From: Octopus sinensis
Lineage: Eukaryota
Direction: 5' to 3'
NCBI RefSeq assembly: GCF_006345805.1
Contig: NC_043008.1
Location: 72,850,001 to 72,914,000, forward strand
Length of the DNA: 64,000 nucleotides
Shown here piece after piece: positions 55,551 through 64,000 of the stretch; the first letter of the stretch is position 1, and each line of letters begins with the position of its first letter. A program made the position numbers and the translations under genes. The notes beneath the pieces are model-generated. The model searched no databases, had not been told where the DNA came from, and saw only the letters and a program-made list of their open reading frames with translations.

Positions 55551-55578
55551 CATTATAATAATAATAATAATAATAGTA

Positions 55579-55623
<45 letters not shown>

Positions 55624-55718
55624 TAGTATATTTTTTTATAGCATGCTTTCATTTTACTACCAAGTGCAGCTCTGTGTGCCTTGGGTATGTGCTGTGATTT
55701 GTTGTGATGCTCTGATGG

Positions 55719-56163
55719 TTATTGTATGGAAAGTGTTCTGCGTAGGATGTGTGCAGTGCCTAGTAGTGCAATTTTCTGTATGTTATATGTGTTTGTAAAT
55801 CCTGGTGTTTTTGTTATGTATTTGTCTGAATATTTTTTTACCATGCCTAATGCACCTATTATGATAGGAATTGTTTCTGTTTTTAGATTCCACATTCTGG
55901 TTACCTCTATTTCCAGGTCTTTGTATTTTGAAAGTTTCTCCATTTCTTTTACAGACATGTTGTCATCCGCTGGTATTGATACATCAATTAGAAAACATTT
56001 TTTTTCTTCATGATCTCTGACAACTATATCTGGTCTGTTGGCCTTAATTTCTCTATCCGTGTGTATTAGCATATCCCAGAGTATAGTTGTCTTCTCGTTT
56101 TCTGTGACCTTTTCTGGTGTGTACCTATACCATCTTTTTTCTGTTGTTATTCCATAATGTTGG
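55719..56163 (-). mobile_element. R4/Dong-type LINE 3' end encoding an intact RLE (PD-D/ExK) endonuclease segment
   Basis: ILWDMLIHTDREIKANRPDIVV...LIDVSIP...KEMEKLSKYKDL...QKIALLGTAHILRRTLSIQ*; (TAA)n tracts on both sides. Confidence 0.9.
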
Positions 56164-56165
56164 CA

Positions 56166-56201
<36 letters not shown>

Positions 56202-56212
56202 CATCATTATTA

Positions 56213-56260
<48 letters not shown>

Positions 56261-56876
56261 TATTATTATTATCATTATTATTATTGCTGTGATGATGATC
56301 CAGGTTGTTCTCAAGTGTTCAGGATTCAGTAAGCAATTGTTGAACTGGTATAGATCTCAGAAACACACTTATGTCCCTCTCAACATAGCATTCATTAGTG
56401 AGATAATATTATATGCTCAGAACCATTTCATCCTCTTACTGATATTACACATACGTATGTTTGTATATATGTGCGCGCGCACACACACACACACACACAC
56501 ACATGTACATACATACAAACATACATATATATATATATGTATTATATATATATAATGCATACATGTAAATAATCCTATGGAAATGAATCATACTGTTTTA
56601 ACTAATATATGTATATATGTGTGTGTGTTTGTGCGTGTGTGTGCATGTGAGTGTGTGTGTATGTGTGTGCATCATCATCATTACTATTATGTAACATTCA
56701 TTTTCTATGCCGGCATGGGTTGGATGGCTTCATAGAAGGTGGCAAACCAGGAAGATAATGGCTATATGGGCAAGTGTCCTCTACTATAACCTTGGGCTGA
56801 CCAAAGCCTTTTGAGTGGATTTGGTAGACGGAAACTGGAAAAGGTCCATTGTATATATATATATATATATATATAA

Positions 56877-57335
56877 TATACAGTGTACATTTAAACACAT
56901 GAGAAATCCACTTGTGGGATTCAACATGCAAGAAAGAACAACTAAGTTTCATAACCACAAAATTACGGATAAAATTCGACAGGAACGAAATGAAAAAAAA
57001 AACATTTTCCCATCTAGTATCCTGGACCAATTGGTTTCTGATTTTAGTTTAGCAAGTAAAATAATATATACTCGCTAGGTGAAATTGTCCTCAGCAGGAA
57101 CACCGTGGGTTAAATATATAAACATGAGGTGATCAAATTATATGCCTCTTGTTTATACATCCTAAGTTTTTCAAAATCTACTGCACAGCCGCAGCCCTTC
57201 GTCGGCAATAAAAAAAGGCCAACTTTTAAAAACCGAAAATTATCCAAAAACTTACAATAATTAATTATATCAAAGGGAAATGGAGATTAATTAAAATTTT
57301 CATTTCCATTGGCCTAACGTGTAAAAATATGATTA
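56877..57335 (-). mobile_element. Short TA-flanked non-coding element containing a hammerhead-like motif
   Basis: Unique-complexity block between two (TA)n arrays. Confidence 0.5.
57020..57099 (-). ncRNA. Type I hammerhead-like motif with long stem II
   Basis: Reverse complement UCCUG-CUGAGGA-caauuu...UAGCGAGUA/UACUUGCUA...aaauca-GAAA-CCAAUUGG-UC-CAGGA; stem I 5 bp, palindromic stem III, GUC triplet. Confidence 0.6.
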
Positions 57336-57364
57336 AGTATATATATATATATATATATATATAA

Positions 57365-57900
57365 ATCAAAACAAATCAAAATAGATGAACATCAATGGAA
57401 TTTGTATCTTTGTGGTACCAGTGCCGGTGGCACGTGGCACACAAGAAAACCATCCGAACGTGGCCGTAGCCAGTACCGCATTGACTGGCCTCCGTGCTAT
57501 GGGCACGTAACAAACACCATCCGATCATGGCCGTTTGCCAGCCTCATCTGGCACCTGTGTCGGTGGCACATAAAAACACCATCCGAGCGTGGCCGTCTGC
57601 CAGCCTCGTCTGGCACCTGTGTCGGTGGAACATAAAAAACACCATCTGTGTCGGTGGCACATAAAAAACACCATCCGAGCGTGGCCGTTTGCCAGCCTCG
57701 TCTGGCACCTGTGTCGGTTGCACATAAAATCACCCACTACACTCTCGGAGTGGTTGGCGTTAGGAAGGGCATCCAGCTGTAGAAACACTGCCAGATCCGA
57801 CTGGACTGGTGCAGCTTTCGGGCTCCCCAGACCCCAGTTGAACCGTCCAACCCATGCTAGCATGGAAAGCGGACGTTAAATGATGATGATGATGATGATG
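57365..57900 (+). mobile_element. Young family C SINE with internal ~62-bp tandem repeats and RTE-type tail
   Basis: Repeated tggcacctgtgtcggtggcacataaaaacaccatccgagcgtggccgtttgccagcctcgtc units; CpG-rich; (GAT)n tail. Confidence 0.85.
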
Positions 57901-57901
57901 A

Positions 57902-57963
<62 letters not shown>

Positions 57964-58114
57964 GTGTATGTGTCTGTGTTTCCCCCTCCCCCATAACTTA
58001 GTTTGCCAAAAATGACTGACAGAAAAAGTACTATACTTACAAAGAATAAGTCCTGGGGTCGATTTCTTTGACAAAAGGTGGTGCTCCAGCATGGCTGCAA
58101 TCAAATGACTGAAA

Positions 58115-59140
58115 CATCATCATCCTCGTTTAACGTTCGCTTTCCATGCGGACATGGGTTGGACGATTTGACTGAGGACTGGCAAGCCAGGAGGCTGCAC
58201 TAGGCTCCAATCTGATCTTGGAAGGTTTCTACAGCTGATTGCCCTTCCTAACGCCAACCACTCCAAGAGTGTAGTGGATGCACTCGAATGGAGCTTTTTT
58301 ACGTGACACCGGCATGGGTGCTAGTGAGTCGGTGCTGGCATCAGCCACAACAGTGATTTCACTTGACTCAACGGTCTTCTCAAGCACAATATATGCCCAA
58401 AGGTCTTGGTCACTTGTCATTGCCTCTGTGAAGCCCAGTGTTTGAAGGTCATGCTTCATCACCTCATCCCATGTCTTCCTTGGTCTACCTCTTCCACAAG
58501 TTCCCTCTACTGTTAGGGTGTGACATTTCTCCACACAGCTGTCCTCATCAATACATAACACATGACCATACTAGCACAGTCATCTCTCTTGCACACCACA
58601 TCTGATGATTCTTACATCTAACTTTTCTCCCAGGGCACTTACACTCTGTTGTGTATGCACACTGACATTATACTTCCAGCAGAGTATACTAGCTTCAAGG
58701 TGGCGAGCTGGCAGAAACGTTAGCTTGCCAGGTGAAATGCTTAGCAGTATTTCGTCTGTCATAATGTTCTGCATTCAAATTGTTCTGAGGTTGACTTTGT
58801 CTTTCATCCTTTGGGGATTGATAAATTAAGTACCAGTTGCAAACTGAGGTCGATCTAATCGACTGGCCACCTTCCTAAAAATTTTGGGCCTTTTGCCTAG
58901 AGTAGAAAAGAGAATACTAGCTTCATTTCTTTCAAGCCTAAGCATATCCTCAGCAGTCACAGCCCATATTTCACTGCCATGTAGCATGGCTTTTTGCATA
59001 CATGCATCATACAGTCTAACTTTCACTCTGACTGAGAGGCTCTTTGTACCAGCAGAGGTAGGAGCTCTCTAAACTTTGCCCAGGTTATTCTTATTCTAGC
59101 AGCTATGGTCTCAGAGCATCCACCCCTGGTTAACGCCATG
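58115..59140 (-). mobile_element. Decayed RTE LINE 3' fragment interrupted by a family A SINE (~58695-58915, +)
   Basis: KVRLYDACMQKAMLHGSEIWAVTAEDMLRLERNEASI / SALGEKLDVRIIRCGVQER / GTCGRGRPRKTWDEV. Confidence 0.85.
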
Positions 59141-59544
59141 CTATGTCCATTACATTGCAAACGAGAAGCGAACAACTCCCATGCAGGCTCACTCCCTTCA
59201 TTTGCAATATAACAGATGCAGATAATGTGTTGTTAACCAGCAGCAGGAGGTGTCCTCCTGGGGTCAAAGAGTGTAGTAACATTGCTCTGTATGGAACAAC
59301 CGTGTTTAGGTGGTAACAACCACTGCTTTTCAGTAGAGTTACTACTTGCATCTCATATAGAGATTTTAGAACTAGCTACTTTACTTGTTATATATATATA
59401 TAATCATTCAGCTAGAGTTAGGAACATAAATTGCGACAAAGGTTTGGTGGAAGATTTTAATTCAAAACTTATGTAAACAAGACATTTGTATGCAGAGCCA
59501 GAGCCGGTTTCAGCTGGGTTGGTAACGAAAGGGTTAAAAGTGAA

Positions 59545-60088
59545 AAATCATTCCTGGAAAACAATGAGGAATCTGGACCACCTCCCACAAGTGTCTGGAC
59601 AAGTGAAGAAAATTCATCACCTTGTGCATGAGGATCAATGGAGGACAATCAGTCATGTCTTGAAGAATTTGAGGGAGGACATGTGACAAAAGTTACCAAA
59701 TCTATGTAGTGTGAAGAATTGGATTCTTCACACTGTCGCTGAGCTCTCCTCACTCATGAGTTTCTTACCAAAAACAACATGGTATTGCTTCTGCACCTCC
59801 CTATTCACCATATTTAGCACATGAGGACTGCCATCTTTTCCCCAAGATGAAAATGCAGCTCAAAGGTTGCTGTTTTAACACTGTTGTCAAGATCAAGAGT
59901 GAATTGCAGAAGGTCCTCATCTCACCTATGGAGAGCAACTTTCAGGCAAGATTCCAAAAGTAGCAGGAACACTGGGACTGGTGTATTGCTGCCCAAGCTG
60001 ACTATTTCAAAACAGATAATGTCCAAAAGTTAGGCAAATAAGCTATGTTTTATGACACATAACTTGTCCTGGAACTTTTTGATGCCAC

Positions 60089-60094
<6 letters not shown>
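59545..60094 (+). mobile_element. Internally deleted mariner remnant
   Basis: HLPYSPYLAHEDCHLFPKMKMQLKG..F...FQK*QEHWDWCIAAQADYF; ends ...gaactttttgatgccacctcata. Confidence 0.75.
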
Positions 60095-60136
<42 letters not shown>

Positions 60137-60184
60137 CCTACATACATATATATACATATATGTAGAATATAACATATATATATA

Positions 60185-61738
60185 TCATCATCATCATCGT
60201 TTAGCGTCCGTTTTCCATGCTAGCATGGGTTGGACGGTTCACAAGTTGAGTTTTGTGTCCCAAGAAGGGAAGGTATGCATACATAGGCTGGCTCCATCCC
60301 ATGTAGAAGGCCACAGGTTATGGACTCACTTGTCCTACCGGGTCTTCTCGCGCACAGCACACTTCCAGAGGTCTCGGTCTCTAGTCATTTCCTCAGTGAG
60401 ACCTAAAGTTCGAAGGTCGTGCTTCACCACCTCGTCCCAGGTTTTCCTGGGTCTGCCTCTTCCGCAGGTTCCCCCAACCGCTAGGGTGTGGCACTTTTTC
60501 ACACAACTATCTTCATCCATTCTCGCCACATGCCCACACCAGCGCAAACGTCTCTCTTGCACACCACAACTGATGCTTCTTAGGTCCAGCTTTTCTCTCA
60601 AGGTACTTACACTCTGCTGAGTATGAGTACTGACATTACACATCCATCGGAGCATACTGGCTTCATTTCTTGCGAGCTTACGCATATCCTCAGCAGTCAC
60701 GGCCCATGTTTCACTGGCATGTAGCATGGCTGTTCGTACACATGCATCATACAGTTTGCCTTTTACTCTGTGCGAGAGGCCTTTTGTCACCAGCAGAGGT
60801 AAGAGCTCTCTGAACTTTGCCCAAGCTATTCTAATCTAGCAGTTACACTTTCAGCACATCCGCCCCCGCTGCTGACTTGGTCACCTAGGTAACGGAAGCT
60901 ATCAACTATTTCTAGTTTTTCTCCTTGGAAAGTGACGGAAATTGGTCTCAGAGCATTTTCAGTGTTTATTGTTCCTGAGCATCTGCCACATACAAAAACC
61001 ATCTTCCTAGTTAGCCTTCCTTTGACATTGCTGCACCTCTTATGTGTCCATAGCTTACACTTGGTGCATCTTATAGAGTTTCTACCTACACCTTTTCTAC
61101 AGATCGAGCAGGGCCATCTACCTGAAGGCGTTTGTGATTTGTCTACCTTCCTACTGATTACGACTTTGGTTTTAGCTAGATTGACTCTAAGGCCCTTCGA
61201 TTCTAATCCTTGTTTCCACACCTGAAACTTCTCCTCCAGTTCTGATAGCGACTCAGCAATTAGAGCAAGGTCATCAGCATAGAGGAGCTTCCAAGGGCAT
61301 CCTGTCTTGAATTCCTCCGTTATTGCCTGGAGGACTATGATAAATAGGAGGGGGCTGAGGACTGAGCCTTGGTGGACCCCAACCTCCACCCGGAATTCTT
61401 CACTGTACTCGTTGCCAACCCTCACCTTACTAGCAGCGTCCCAATACATGGCCCGCACAGCTCTCACTAACCATTCATCTATCCCTAGTTTCCTCATTGA
61501 CCACCAGATAAGGGATCGGGGGACCCTGTCGAAGGCTTTCTCCATGTCAACAAAAGCCAGGTACAGGGGCTTATTTTTGGCTAGGTATTTCTCCTGCAGC
61601 TGCTTTACCAGGAATATAGCATCAGTGGTACTTTTCCCTGGCACAAACCCAAACTGCATCTCATCTAAACTAACTCTCTCTCTAATTAGTTGGGCTATGA
61701 CCCTCTCCGTAACCTTCATCACCTGATCCAACAGCTTG
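60185..61738 (-). mobile_element. RTE-clade LINE, 5'-truncated and relatively young (RT, PHD-like finger, C-terminus), one frameshift
   Basis: DEMQFGFVPGKSTTDAIF...AFVDMEKAFDRV...GVHQGSVLSPLLF...LLYADDL; frameshift near 60826; 3' UTR with (GAT)n tail. Confidence 0.95.
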
Positions 61739-61882
61739 ATATATATATACACACACATACATACATATACATATATATATATATACATACATATACACAT
61801 ACAAACATACACATATATAATATATATACACATACTTACATACATATAGATACACACACACACACACATATATATATGTATA

Positions 61883-62672
61883 TATGTGTTGTCTGATCAA
61901 TAAGTATCTGGACTGTTGCCATAGTAACGAAACTAAAGCACACAGAGTGAAGTTGCTTGGTAAAGATTGACCTTGAAATTTGCTGTGTAGGTGCACTGAG
62001 TCTTGACATTGTAGCTTTCTTCTGCTGTTTACAGCAGTGCTTGGAAGGAAGATATGTAGTGTATGTTCATCGCATTGAACATGACAGAAAAAATTGAGCA
62101 GAGAACCTGCATCAAATTTTGCCAAAAGCTTAGCGATACCCGTTCAGAGACCTATGCAAAGTTTTCAAAACGATTTTATCATTCTTGACACAATCGAGGA
62201 GATCTTGTGCAATTGAAATCCAAGAATCTTTTTGGTCAGCTGAAAGCAGTTTGGGCACAAATTTGGCAGACATGTGTCTCATAACTAAATCTTCAGTGAA
62301 ACTGAACTGAGCTGAACCATAACAAATCTGTACATCTTCTGATAACCCATGGATGGTGATTCAAGGATTTCCGCTCACAGCTGCAAACACATCTGTGATG
62401 TTTTTCTTAATTCTTTTGGTTGCAGGTCTCGCAGAACATTCGTCATTATCAGCATTTTTCTGTCATCTTGAAAGCATCTGAACTGCTCATAAACTTATGT
62501 GCAGTTCATACACTCCTCTCTATACACTTTCTGCCACTTTGCATTGGCCTCCAAGCATGTATCACCATGACAATTTTCTCTGGAGATCAATCTTTGCCAT
62601 GCAGCTTCACTCTGCATGTTTTAGCTTTGTTACTATGGCAACAGTCTGGATACTTATTTATCAGACCTCATA
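61883..62672. mobile_element. Non-autonomous mariner built from two inverted 5' halves
   Basis: Both ends read inward (ta)tg..gtctgat(c/a)aataagtatc(t/c)(g/a)gactgttgccatagtaac; the + strand encodes MTEKIEQRTCIKFCQKL and the - strand encodes ...ITIHGLSED...MSAKFVPKLLSADQK. Confidence 0.8.
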
Positions 62673-62832
62673 CATAAATACATACATACATACATACACA
62701 CACACAGACATATATATACACACATACATGCATATATACATACACACACACACATATATATACATACATGTATGTATACATATGTATATACACGCACATA
62801 TATATATACATATATATATATATAATATATAT

Positions 62833-62876
<44 letters not shown>

Positions 62877-64000
62877 GTATATATATATATATATAAATAT
62901 ATATATTCATACATATATGTATATACATATATATATGCACACACACACACATATATGTATATACACACATATAGATACTGATATATAAATATCTATGTGC
63001 ATACATATACATACATATATCAATGTGCATGTGGTCTTTCTGCATCTGTATATCCTAAGCTTATATACACACATTGCTCACGGGGTTACAGTGGTTCTCT
63101 TGTAAATTTTGGATATGATGGAAATATCTTTCATGGAGAAACACATTTAAAAGGTCAGATTTATTTCACAATTACTGCAGATGAGTTTGAATTTAGTGTC
63201 ATTGCATGGCTTTTATTTAAGCTCCATATCTAATGACAAAAATATATGCTCTCCACCACCCCAATATATTGTAATGTCAGCATTTAATCTTTAAAATACA
63301 TGTTCTCAACTGTCATTTATACATTTCAGTGAAGCAATTACTGCCAATATTTTTTATTCGGACAGTCTTTTGTTTAGTTTTTGCAGAATTATGACAAGTT
63401 TTGCTTAATTTTGGAGTCTTTACATATGAGTTTCTGTTAACCTTTATAATGCTCAAATCTGACCCTCATTAGAGTACAGCTCACATATGAGTTACTGCAG
63501 CTGCTTAGACAGTGAATTAGCCTCAACTACAAAAGTAAGACATTCAACTAATTGGCAACATTTCACCAATCAAGCACTATAATCACAGGCTTACAGACAC
63601 CACACACCATTTTCTCTCCTACTATTGCTACCACAATAGTTTGTTCTTGGAAACTAACCAGTTCCTCCTCCAGTCACCCCAACTATTTTATATTCCTTAA
63701 TCCCCACTACCACCCACGCTAAACAATTTGTGCAGTTGTTGTTCACCAGCACTTCAACCTCTAAAATTCTCTTCCCAGACACATTATTCCTGCAAAAACT
63801 GACCTATAAAATGTTCCAAATAAACAACAATGAGCCTAGGATACAACCCACATGGCAACAAGAAGAGGTAGTTGTGATGACAACATTCAAGGCAGCTAGA
63901 ATGAATTGTTGTCATGACAATGTTTATAACAACTAGAAGGAGTAGTTGATATGATAACTCTTATAGCAACAAGAAAGGTTAGTTACCATAATAACACACA

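Overview
Very AT-rich, microsatellite-dense eukaryotic DNA. The SINE and RTE repertoire suggests an octopus/cephalopod genome; this is my inference, not verified by a search. I could not recognise any host protein-coding gene, and most ORFs in the track are microsatellite or antisense artefacts. The window is mostly transposable-element debris: tRNA-derived SINEs, RTE LINE fragments, R4/Dong-type RLE LINE fragments, Tc1, maT and mariner remnants, a Helitron remnant and Penelope-like elements (PLEs). The main signal is at least five unrelated families of type I hammerhead-ribozyme (HHR) motifs in short, mostly non-coding elements. Most carry the PLE hallmarks of tandem or partially inverted terminal duplication and a position in or beside (TA)n/(TAA)n tracts. 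They include a ~355-bp tandem retrozyme-like array with a U3-A8 variant core, a tRNA/Pol III-headed HHR element, and a PLE that keeps an intact GIY-YIG endonuclease ORF plus HHR but no RT. All structures were assigned by eye, and the boundaries of decayed elements are approximate.
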